64,000 bases of DNA. It comes from Balanoglossus misakiensis. Its lineage: Eukaryota; Animalia; Hemichordata. Both the position numbers and the translations under genes were made by a program. The stretch lies in NCBI GenBank assembly GCA_040954595.2, contig CM082579.2, positions 3,523,227 to 3,587,226 on the forward strand. Reading direction: 5' to 3'. The notes under the pieces were generated by a model that was given only the letters and a program-made list of their open reading frames with translations, did not search any database and had not been told where the DNA came from. Positions 15,498-26,860 of the stretch are shown here, piece by piece. The stretch's first letter is position 1. Each line of letters starts with the position of its first letter.

Positions 15498-17403
15498 CGA
15501 AGCGAATAAACCTCGCCCAATTTTTGATATCTTTAGTCCTTGATCAAAAGCAGAGGCGTTACTTGCTTTTGTCTGTCGATTTCAAATCAAAGGACTGTAT
15601 AATTAGATCTGCGCGGGAAAAAATCGGTCTTCATTCGACTCAAAACTTCGGAGAATACTTTTATGAAACGTTGATTATCAAAGGACTCTTAATTACGCCG
15701 AATTTTATCGATTTCGCCTTGATTCGGTCTGCTTTGTTACTGTCCTAATTAGCCACCCACTGTTCTTTGCAACACATTTATCAAATCTCACGTGAATGAA
15801 CGGTTTTGACCCCTACCACTTGCTTTCTCTATCTGTAAAATTTCGTCCCAATCCGTCAATTCATTTTGCCTTGGGAAACAGACGAGTGCATCCATTGGTT
15901 ATTGAAATAACGCGTGAACTGGTGGCGGTCCTATACTGCTACCATCACGCATTTCTGTTGCGGTTCTTCTGCAATTAGCAAAGAATGTTTAAAGTCATCT
16001 GAACAAAAACTAAATATATCATTGTGTGTGCAAAACTAATCATTTTTTTCGCATTATTCAGCGAGATGTTTAGATGCACGCACAATACAACTTCCACTCA
16101 TCAGCCCCTGAACGATTCCTCTTCTAACCGCTGACAATAGATACGTACGCACGTCCATGCATCATTGTCAATAGACACTGTCACACAATGATAAAATATT
16201 GACTGTGCTTCTTTTGGCGAGCCGATCATTTCAATATACACTGCTTAACTCGCAAAGTAGAGCGTTCGTATTCAATTGACCCGTCATTAGATGTATATAG
16301 AAAACCGTTCAAAAATTAATGAAGTGAATTCATTGACGAGTACAAAATGTCACGTTTCAATACACCTGTTGAGTGTCCATCGCGGAATTTATACAGGGAT
16401 TATGACTTTTAATTAACCAAGGTTGGTGTAGGTAAGTTGGGAATTTCTAAAGGAATAAAGACATTTTGTAATCAAAAGATGAGCATGAAATTGTCCACGC
16501 GCCAATATTTACTTAAATTCAGCGTAAGAAGTAATTCATTAGGCCTTCAAAACACGTCGAGTGCGTGGACGCAATCGCCAGTTAAACTTTGTTGCAAACA
16601 TATTAGATATAGGCACGGTTACATAGCGCACATTAAACATCAAACAGTTTCACTCGGCCGCCATTTCCCTCAAGTTCTCACGATTACACACACACTGACA
16701 TTTCATTGTGATAGTCTTGTTGCGCTGTGCGAAGTCTTATGTGATTGCATAAAAGTGTATTTTTCTGTAGAAGTGTCAGGCATCACTGAGTGTAAATTGA
16801 CAGCTTACGCGGGCTGCACTGCCCTGATCAGGGTCTTACTTACGCGAACGGAGATTAGCGTTCCTTGTTCCCGTACATTGTATCGTCATTAGGGGCGAGG
16901 TGTGGTCGACAGATGCCATAAAAGGCCGACCGACGCGTGAAAGATGATTAGACACTCCGTGGATTATAAAAAAACGGGTCAGTATTATTTTTACTAAGAA
17001 GCGACACGATCTTCCCAATTTAACGTCTCTTGTAATCCTTCTCTGAAAATGTGCTGAGATGATCCGTCGGCGCCAGGGGATGTTAAAGCAAGCCTACGCT
17101 TTTGCAAAGTTGTCAGATATTGCCTTGATTAAACAGAGCATAAGACTCTGGTGCTCACCGTCATCAGAGATTTGGGGGGGGGGTAGTGGCAATGGTGTCA
17201 CGAGCGAGGTCACGTGTTCTAGCTTACGATATGACGCGTAGTTTTCACAGTAAATTGACGGAATTATTTCTTCTTAAAGCAGTCCATCGTGCAGCAAATA
17301 TGATAAAGTGGGATTTTTCACTGATATGATGGCGTTACACGACATCAATCCATGCACACGACAGTAATGCATACACAAGTCAGCCTGAGCGCTATACGAA
17401 CGT

Positions 17404-17491
17404 CACTTCCGGCCAAAATAAAATGGCGGCTCTCAGTGAACGTAACAAACGCCCCTCATCTTTCAGGCATTCCCAGAGGTTTCATCGAACG
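17404..17491 (+). promoter_or_regulatory. ETS + YY1 core-promoter-like cluster with candidate first exon
   Basis: CACTTCCGG (ETS) then AAAATGGCGGC (YY1 motif) with ATG at 17423 and candidate donor ACG|GTACGT after 17491. Confidence 0.35.
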
Positions 17492-20120
17492 GTACGTATT
17501 TGGTGCCCTTAACTAATGTGGCGATTAATAACAATAATTTGCTTGTGCACGCGCACGCTCAGTGTGGTTGCTGGTGCTTCGATCATTTAATTTTGGTAAG
17601 TACCAAAGAAAATGCTTCGTAGGTGTTATGGCCAATACAGGTGTGTGTGCTGGGACTTCCCATCACCAGAAGCTGTTCAAAGTTTAGCCCGCCCATTTCA
17701 CCTACATTTCCGTGCCATGGCGCTATTATTAGCCGCATTTGCGCAATCGGGATGAAATGCCAGGGGCTATGCCGCAACAATGCCCGACATTTCAGCGTGT
17801 TTTGTCATGGAATCATCCGCGGTGATGCGTCAAGATAACATCTTACTTGTCATCTTTTAAGACGATGCACTTTGTGTAAGTACTGCTCGTCTCGGAGATG
17901 TACGCACGGCTCTTTGCTCAGGGGTCCGCGAGATAAGCGCGGGTCACATCTTGTAGGCCTCGGCAGGATGAGAGACCGTCTCGTTTTTGTTTTGAACCAA
18001 GACGGACAGAGTACATGTTTAGGCCTACTGCGTCGTCTCGCGCATCGTTAAATCTGGCGGAAGCAATATAAAACGAAGCAGAGCAATTCTTGCTCATTTT
18101 GAAGACAAGCATACCAGTGACTGCATTTATTAAGAGTCCCATACCAGCAGAGATATTTCACTTGTGCGTGATCTCGCATATATGTATATAACCATGGCAA
18201 CGTATTTCTTGAACTGTGTTTATCCCGAGGAGTTAATTGTATGTGAGAAATTATAATGGAAGTGAAAGAGATATTACACGTAACAAGCATCATAAATTTC
18301 CAATCAAAATTGGTTTACTTTAATCATAAAGGCTACGCCCCTGGCAAACAGCATGGGAGGTATTTCAATAGCCTCGCCGCTAGTCCCTTTTTTCCTTTTT
18401 AAATTACGAATAATGCGTTCATGTCGAGTCTATTAAGGCTCGGTTCGACCCAATTGCTTTCGGTGCGAAAATAGCCGCGATTAATACAACCGAGCGCTGT
18501 TGAGTCGCATAATAGAACGGCGACGCGGAACTCCGTCGATATTAAATAAAATACGCCGAGAATGTCAGATTTCATCGGGAACAAAACGTTTCCCGCGGAC
18601 ACCTGTCACTGGGAGAGATCAGCATCGGTTATGACTTTTGAGTCAGCGTGTTTCCTTTTGTGCGCGGCTATGTCAAAAACTAAAGTACTTGATGAAGGCT
18701 ATCGGTACGGATTGTCAGGCCTCTTCAAGTCGGCGTCGACATCTGCGAAGATTATCCGGGGAACAAAACTGCGGCTCCTGACGGATTCGTCCTCAATACT
18801 GAGACGTCGGCAAAAGACCGACCGGGGCCAAGTCAAGGCAAAGCATAGCAACATCGGACAATTTTCCAACTAATAAAAAACTAACCTCGATTACTTTGTC
18901 TATTCATTTAATATTTTCCAGGACGACATATGAAGAAGCATAGCGTGATTGATAACGCTACAAGGAAGCTACCAACAGCGAGATTCTAATCACAATGCCT
19001 CTATAATCTATTAGATGACATAAGAGGGAGGGCGGCCATTAGGGTTTCATGGAACCCGATAATTTACCCGGTCATCACAAACGAAGAAGTAAGTGTTCGT
19101 GACTACCTTCGGGTCAAAGTATGCGTTCCGTCAACATTTATGGAACACTTAATTATACATGACATCACCGCACTGTCAAAATGCACCTCTCCCCCGCCAT
19201 CCCCCTCCCCCATGACCCCAGGCAAATTATGGTCTGTACGTGCACCGCTGTGTGCTCCCTCGCACGGCAACATTCTGCGCATGGCAACGACGCGCTGCGC
19301 ACAAAACGCGCTTCCGTTCAGAGGAGTCAAAGTACTCGGGCAGCGAACACGTACAGTACTTCCTTTCTTTGACGTTCATAGGTGTAAGTACGTGCTAGGA
19401 ACGTCACTGTTCCGCCGGTCTGTGTGTGACGAAGGACATGCATTCACTAATACTTTCTGCACGTGTGTTTGTTTGCTAGTCATCAATTGTCTCACCCTAG
19501 AAGCTGCCAGCTCTCGCAGTTAAAATGTTAGACAGCTCTTTTTAATTGTATGGGGAAGTTAGATAATGTGGAAGTCGGGTTATCAAAGTGATTACGAAGG
19601 GATCACTGTAAACTTCTCGAAATAACTTTACGACGTCGTTGAGTCTTCTCGACTTAGTCTTAGGATATATCACATGATTACAGTGCGACACCCAAGGGCA
19701 TTTGGTGACAACATCAAGCTTTGAGCGCGGCGGAACTTGAAAGTAAAACGCGCTGTGTGTTACGTGGCACGCTTATCATATTTAATTTCAGTGAATAACA
19801 CTGTAAATCGTTTGAGAAGGAAATAAAGATTATTACCGAAGCAAAGTGATGAACTAGATGCAACGAGGAAAATTGTCGCTTAGAAATATATCAGCCATTG
19901 TGAGGTGTAATTGTATCAAGTCAGGCGCAATAAAGGCACAACAGTTTTTTTAATCAAAACTAAATGGAGTGATCACGAAATGATGGATTGTAATGGGAAA
20001 CTCTTGATACACCACCCAGCGATCAACGGAGGGCGCCCTTTCCAGATTATCACGACTCGGGCACCACCCACCTGTTGAGCAGTTTGTCAAGAACGCGAGT
20101 ATTTTATATTTTTCCGTCTG

Positions 20121-20145
20121 ACACACACACACACACACACATACA
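20121..20145. repeat. (CA)n microsatellite
   Basis: Direct observation. Confidence 0.85.
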
Positions 20146-22681
20146 CATTGCTTTGAGAAGAACGTGACGTCATTCAAGCTTATCACGACGTGCAGTCACT
20201 TGCGCTTGATGACGTCACGCCAGATAACCAATAGCATATCGGCAAAGCATGTCAATCAATCTCAGAGGGGGGGGGGGGCGCAAGAGATCTGAATAAGAGT
20301 TTTATTATAACCGTGCCTGTTTGCTAAAGAGTCAAAAGGAAATTTGATGAAATCAAAACGTGCTCATATTGAGCCAGAAAGTTTGCTGGTTTGATATTGA
20401 AATCGATGCGACCAAATAATGATGCATTTTTTATTGATTCATTTCCATCTTTGATTTCTCAAAATTTATTACACGGGAAGCGCAGTATGATGGCAATAAT
20501 TTTTCGCGGAAAACATTACCATCGTCTCACCAAACTCTGTAAATACCGAAATGACTGACTGTTAAAAATAACCCATTACTTCCATGAAATATTGATCGTT
20601 AACGACCGCGTCCATCGCACGCGGCGCAAGTGCAGAAGGGTCTAAAATGTACAACAAAAAATGCACGTTTTACTCTACAAAGGAAACAATCAGTCTGTAC
20701 CCGTCGCTTTGTCGAATAGATTCTATAGGTTATCTCCCGACAGTACTGCGAGCGATTCTTCCTCGCGTCATCAATGTGGTCAGCAAAGCGACAGAATCTT
20801 CACGACAAATTAATTCTCTCTATACTGCCCAGAATCCCTCCGAGCCACGCGCAGACGATCAATACAACTACAAGTATGTGGGTTGAAACAAGTTTCAGAA
20901 AACGTCACCCGAGTCAGATGATGAGAGTCAAATACATGTAATTCATTTATCATATCCGTACTCCCACGATTTCCGTACAAAAGATATTGGGCCGACGTGA
21001 CTTTCTCCTTTGCAAACATGTTGAGTTCTCGTCTTCAAATGTAAGAACAGAGTGGTAAGATGGCATTAACCTTTTACGTCACCGAGAAAATATCTATCGG
21101 CGCTTTTAATCAAAACAAAAGTGGCATGTCCGCATTTTTGCTTGTATTTATGACTAAAAGCATGCACCCCAAACTATGTTTAACAATGGTATTTTCGATA
21201 CAAATAAGCGTGGGCCAACAGGGTGCAAGATAATTGCAGACTATAAATAGCTCTGGAAGATATGGAAAATAAAAATGGCGTCATCATATCTGAATACAGG
21301 TACACAATATATATACATGTATACAATGGAATATCTACGGAAAGCTGGAATCAGAAACGTGTATAGACTCGTGTAAATTGACGTTAGATTCACCCGTTCA
21401 AGACGCACATTCATTGAAAAGGCGTATTTTGTTCAACAAAGTAGGTCCCAATCGATGACGTACTTTCTGCCAGCAGAATGAGACTCTAAATATAAACGTC
21501 AGCCTTTTGAAAAAAGGCAACCTTGTTGCTGTTTATAGGTTACCTTGCAAATTATAAGAGTCGATGGATGACGTCCGTAAATGTAAGGTCGTTCTCGGCT
21601 GTATACGTGTGGCTGTGTCCACAACTGATTTGACGCCAAAGTCTGCAAACCAAGCAATCGAAATTGGCGTCAAGTGTCCACAAAACTAGACACGGGTTTT
21701 AGTCGAGTGTCTTTATGGTTGATGCAGTAAGAATTACAGGCGTTGGCTCCATGGTGGCCGAAAGCACGGAGGTCCAACTTCGCCATAGAAAGCAATGGAT
21801 TTGGACTGAACCATGGTAGTGAAAGGGTTTAAAATCCTATTTTGTCGATAATTTAACAAAATGGCGAAAATAAAAAACTCACACACACAACTTTAAAACT
21901 CTTTTCGTACACTCATGTTTTTTCCTTGTCACACAGCTGCGGGAATCGGCGCCCGGGACTAAAAATAAAATATTTCACGTCACTTCACCAGAAATTGTCG
22001 TCATCGTTGATCGGGTACCGAAAAGTTTGGGGGTAGGTTACCCGGAAACGCGGCAGTTGCTAGGAAGGGGCGATTCACTTTCCGCATTCCCGCCAGTTTT
22101 ACTTCTTGGTAACGCAGAATCACAAGTCCCCACTTCCTTAGTTATCTGCCTAATTATATTTGCCGTGCCGGGGACAGAGTTATTTGCATACACTGGTACA
22201 TCAATGATCTGCTCGAGACTTGGAGGGGGTCTAGCTCTAGGAAATGACCTGTATTCGGGGCCAGTTATTTTTTTATTGTCAGTGTCAAGAAGAAGCGATT
22301 AGCTGCTATTTCACATCGCTTTGTTCGCAAACAGCAGAAGAATAAAATTGTCCTTTCTTCTTTGTTGATTAGTGACACAAAATATGTCTGATCGACAGTA
22401 GTATTGGCCACATTTGCATTCCAATCAAAATTGGCATAAATACACATCCAAGTGAAGTTAAGCTATTATAATATCAATCACTTCTCTTGATTGAAAATTT
22501 TAATCTTGAAAGCCAAAAAACTCCAGATAAAATAAATGAATACGAAGTCATTCGACCCCTTCCAAAAACAGTTGCAATGGCCCATGTGAGTGAAACTTGT
22601 AAGTCCAAAAAATGTTCTTTTTATGGAGCGTCAACTTGGCCCCGGGTATGCATTTTATTCAAGATGGCCACCTGTTGCAGC

Positions 22682-25444
22682 CTATCGAGTGTAGCACTGT
22701 TCACAGTGGCGGGAATAACAGTAACACACTGATTTCTCTTTCTTCCGCCGGCCACGATGCTTTCTCGAAGGCTTGCTATGACTAGGAGCGTCTTCACCCA
22801 CAGACTGTTCTGAGCTAAGGACATCTGTCAAGGGAGATGGCTGGGTAAGAGTCGAATTCGAAGGCGGCGCTGGGTCGATGGCGTCTGAAGACTTGTCCAC
22901 TCTTGCGTCGTGGTTACTGCCCCGGCTTCTACGTCGAGTCATGTACGGCTCTGACCGTACAAACGGCAGACTATTCCTCGACGAAGCCGGCCGACCACGC
23001 TTTGGCGTCACGGTGCTCGATGTGCCGCCGTGTTGGACTTCAGACTTTGTTTCTATCTTTGGCTTCTTGGTTGGACTTTGGCAATTATTGCTTGGGGGAC
23101 TGTCACACACACTTCCCGTCGTTCCCGTCGTTGCTACCTGTCTGTCTGATGTCTTTTCTGTGGACATCGCAGCAGCGCCGTCGTGAGGGCGTCCGCTCGG
23201 AGACTGGTCTTCGTCGACGTTTTGCGCCACGGGGGCGATTGGTGGCGCTGTCACATTACTGGTCGTCGGGTGCGGAGATCCATGTAAGCTGGAACGTGGA
23301 CTATCACTGCCGGAAGACGTTAAAGATGGCGAGGCAGGTACTTTGACTTCAGCATCCCCATACAAAGATTCATTATCTGCAGAGACATCCAGCCTTGCAT
23401 CAGAACTCGAAGACTTACCAACAGGAGACTTTACTTCTGCTTCAACTTCCCCGGGAGCATCTATTCTCAATGCATTCCCATCTCCCGAATTCTTGTTTGT
23501 GTCTTCTTCCAACTTCTTGTCAAACTTTTCATCAGGTGGACTGCTTTTCGAGGCTTCTTTTTTCAAGTATTCGTCAAAAAGGTCACAGAAGGCCTCTTCA
23601 ACTTGTGCCTCGTCAGCCTCGTCCAAGGCTGCCAAGATACTCTTGTTCCTCATCGGCGTCTTGCGGTCGCCGTCTCCGTCTAGATCTGCTCGCTGCTCGA
23701 CAGAGCACAAATCGTCGAGGAGAGACCGGTAGACCATCTCAGCAGACTCTCTTTGTGACTTTTCCGCCACCCTCCTCACTATGTCTTCATCGTCCAGTAT
23801 CCATGACGGCAGCAACCAACTTGGATCCTTGTTGGTAACTCGCAACAGCTCGCCATCCTCGTTGATGGTTTGACCTTTGTAGGAGAACACGGGATTTGGA
23901 GAAGTAACTGCCCACACAAAGCGGTTGTCAACGATACGTTCAATGTCACGCACTGAAAGGAGGTGGTCCAACCGACAGGCTGCGTCCAAAGCGTAACCCA
24001 TATCGCGTTCTCCTTGACGTTCGCCAGTAGAGGGCGTCCCTTGGTTTCGATGAGATCGTCCCAGGGTTGTGCCGGGTTCGGCTTTGCTTTTCTTGTGGAG
24101 CCTGTTGTCTTTTTGCGTTGCAGATCGGTGACCCAGACCAGGGTTTTCTATTTTACGACACTCTTTCTTTGGAGGTGACCTTCGAGATTTAGAAGTCGAA
24201 AGTGTATTGGGTCTTGCACGCGGGAAGGCAATTATGACGTTGTCTGATCGGTTGATACTCGCGTTTGTCTCACGACCACTCCGGTGGGTAAAAATGTCAC
24301 ACGGGTTTGCCTGTGAAGCGCCGCCAACCGTTGACCCATTGACCGCCTGGACGCTGGGACTTTCATGTGGTCTGTAAAGTTCACCGAGCGGGCTCTTACA
24401 AATTGGCAACATTTCATCATGTCGGTTGAAATTGTCAGTTTTTCCAACGGTTGGTGGGAAAGTTGTTGGAACTGCGTTTGCTTTGGTATCTCTGCCTGCA
24501 GTTGTGGTTTTCGAAGTTTGGTCAGTCGTTATCGTTGTGGCTTGTCCAGCACCACTCCGGGAAATTAAGTTTATCTTGTCCCGGGGAACTATAAAAAGTT
24601 CTGCAGACGATGTCTTGACGTGACCGGCTAATGTGTTCAACATGGCACCGGCGGAGAACGTGTTCATTTTAAATGTCGACCCGGTTGATTTGGAGCAGCT
24701 GACTGGAACAGCCGTTGTCTTGGTGAGGGTTTTCGATGCTGGAACTTCCGGAGAAACTAGCTTTACTGTCGATTTTGCAACTGAACGAACGACAAGACTC
24801 TGGACACCGTCAGAAGCATCACCAGTTTGCCTACTTGTGTCCGCCGTCTCTTTTGACTTGGCGCTCATCAACTCGGAGGGCGTGGTATGGAGCCGAGATC
24901 CGACGGAATCCGTCGTGACTGTACCTTCTTCATCGTTGGGTGTATTCGGCGATTTCATCCTCGACGATTGACGTTCTTGGGTTCGTTGTGCGTCGTGCAC
25001 TTTCGGTACCGCTGCAGGCGTGGGAATCTTCTTTGATCCCGACGTTCCCTCTGTTGTACATGTATTGACCGACACGCTGCCGCCGCTATGGCGTTCCGAA
25101 CTTGCTACAACTTTGTCAACAAAGTTACCGTCGCGCTTCGATGCTTCTTGATTCAGTTCTGCCTTGGAAGCGGACATCGGTGCCAATGCTCTCATTTCGG
25201 GACAGTCTTCACAGCATGTCCTTTCTTCGACGGGTAACGCATACGACACATGCTCATCAGCAGCAACATCAGCCCGGGGCTTTTGCTGAAGTGTTGTGGA
25301 AGATGAAGAAGGCGCGTTTCCATGCGACTCGCCCGGATGAAAGTCGGCGACTTTGTTTGGGTTACCTCTTGATGACAATGGTGTCGCACTTCTGTCTTGT
25401 TCGTCTTCCTCCTCTCTTTTATGCTCACTTTTTGTTCCACTCAT
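22682..25444 (-). CDS. Intronless uncharacterized ~920-aa Ser/Thr-rich, mostly disordered protein with a central ordered segment, AT-hook-like motif and basic/Cys-rich C-terminus
   Basis: 2.8-kb non-repetitive open frame; first ATG at 25444 (MSGTKSEH...); AATAAA at 22659-22654 just after the stop; motifs PKRGRP, PTKKPK, KHRGRRKKEK, CYCYSRHCEQC. An upstream coding exon cannot be excluded. Confidence 0.8.
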   Translation of the reverse strand: MSGTKSEHKREEEDEQDRSATPLSSRGNPNKVADFHPGESHGNAPSSSSTTLQQKPRADVAADEHVSYALPVEERTCCEDCPEMRALAPMSASKAELNQEASKRDGNFVDKVVASSERHSGGSVSVNTCTTEGTSGSKKIPTPAAVPKVHDAQRTQERQSSRMKSPNTPNDEEGTVTTDSVGSRLHTTPSELMSAKSKETADTSRQTGDASDGVQSLVVRSVAKSTVKLVSPEVPASKTLTKTTAVPVSCSKSTGSTFKMNTFSAGAMLNTLAGHVKTSSAELFIVPRDKINLISRSGAGQATTITTDQTSKTTTAGRDTKANAVPTTFPPTVGKTDNFNRHDEMLPICKSPLGELYRPHESPSVQAVNGSTVGGASQANPCDIFTHRSGRETNASINRSDNVIIAFPRARPNTLSTSKSRRSPPKKECRKIENPGLGHRSATQKDNRLHKKSKAEPGTTLGRSHRNQGTPSTGERQGERDMGYALDAACRLDHLLSVRDIERIVDNRFVWAVTSPNPVFSYKGQTINEDGELLRVTNKDPSWLLPSWILDDEDIVRRVAEKSQRESAEMVYRSLLDDLCSVEQRADLDGDGDRKTPMRNKSILAALDEADEAQVEEAFCDLFDEYLKKEASKSSPPDEKFDKKLEEDTNKNSGDGNALRIDAPGEVEAEVKSPVGKSSSSDARLDVSADNESLYGDAEVKVPASPSLTSSGSDSPRSSLHGSPHPTTSNVTAPPIAPVAQNVDEDQSPSGRPHDGAAAMSTEKTSDRQVATTGTTGSVCDSPPSNNCQSPTKKPKIETKSEVQHGGTSSTVTPKRGRPASSRNSLPFVRSEPYMTRRRSRGSNHDARVDKSSDAIDPAPPSNSTLTQPSPLTDVLSSEQSVGEDAPSHSKPSRKHRGRRKKEKSVCYCYSRHCEQCYTR

Positions 25445-25691
25445 GTCTAAGCGAGTAAATTCGACCCGTTTTGGGATTCTGATATATTTGTTATGAACCA
25501 ACGCCAACGTGATAAGAACACATTTTCCAATGTTCTACGTTAGACGCATATGGAACGAATGAATAATTCTATTCCAATATTCGCGCCATACATCTCTGAA
25601 CACGTGCGATACTTCCCGCCACATATGCGCGCTTCGATAACATCTTCTAAACTATTCGGAATATTTCAGTTTCTGTGCAAAATAAATATAT

Positions 25692-25745
25692 GTTGTATTG
25701 TATTGTATTGTATTGTATTGTATTGTACTGTATTATATTGTATTG
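25692..25745. repeat. (TATTG)n microsatellite
   Basis: Direct observation. Confidence 0.9.
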
Positions 25746-26860
25746 TAATATCGCGATGTTTATGACAAACGTAAAAGAACTCCCAGTTTTATTACAATCG
25801 TCGGGATTTTATTCGACCAGAAATCGTAAACAAATATTGCAACCAATAAAAGCCTTGCTATAAAACACATGAACGGATAAACAGAAAGCCACTGGTACAG
25901 AGCGTATTTGATCGCTCTTTTGGACAAATGGAAAATAAGTAAAATGATTGCTTGTGATTGTTTTTAGGATGGCGATATACCATTAGCAGATGTGATGGTG
26001 CGGTGCATGAATTAGTGGAAAGAAACCACAGGTGAACATACGCATGCATGTTGCATAAGAATCCTTGTTATTATAATGTCACCTCCTCCGCGGCCCTTTG
26101 CCGTATTTCAGTTACCATGGTCGTATACATGGCTGGACCACGCGTTCAATTTACCGAATGAAGCGCGCTGATTCATCAATGGGTCATTTGCGCTCAAATT
26201 GGCCCAGATGACTTGATTTCCTCCCGCAGTGACATGACATCGCGGTGTCTTCTTTTTACTTCTCGGAGCCGGTGAATAAACACGGAGACAATGCGCAGGA
26301 TGTCTGTTTGGTGACGGTGCGGACACCATTGTTGTCAGCTTTTATGGCCGAATCGGGCTGTAATAACGCAGGTTGAATAGCGCTATAAAGAGATTCGACA
26401 ACGGGACATGGGCAGCAACAGTTAACTGAATAGCGCGGATCACTAGTAACAGGTATGAGGCTTGTCGACACAACAGTCAACTGCTATCTCCAGTACCGTT
26501 ATCCGCCAGCCCGGTGTCTCAATTCCAGCGCTCTCCGACTGGTGTAGTGTCACACAACAGTCTCGACAGCTCTGCGTTCTGGCGCTGCCGGGCAATTTGT
26601 TGTCGCTGGAAATCCACCGTGTTAAAGTTATTGAGTCAGATTTAGACGTAAATCTCGAGCATTGTACAGTGTCAACAAGACACAGATGAAACTTCCACAG
26701 CCAATTTAGAAATCTGCATTTTACGGAGACACGGACCACCTGTCGTTTGCGCGACACTGTGATGTAGGGCTGCCAGTCCGAACGAACGGGAGAGTTGGCA
26801 TCGACAACCGAGCCCTTGACAGAAGGAAATTAGTTGATATTTTCCCTCCTCGTCGTCAAG

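Noticed and set aside
9225-15748. Giant ORFs (2170-aa PxHP-rich; many GW/WMDG-rich ORFs resembling Argonaute-binding GW repeats)
   Set aside because: Translations of the CCAY array, whose units contain no stop codon in any frame; open on both strands with no splice or promoter context.
21745-21830. Possible short TIR element ending GTGAAAGGGTT, with a similar ACCCTTTCAC end near 51632
   Set aside because: Match too short to define an element from this window alone.
22040-22262. Short minus-strand open stretch containing FPRARP, a hexapeptide also found in the 920-aa ORF
   Set aside because: No start codon, stops immediately upstream and no further similarity visible; likely coincidence unless an alignment shows a decayed duplicate.
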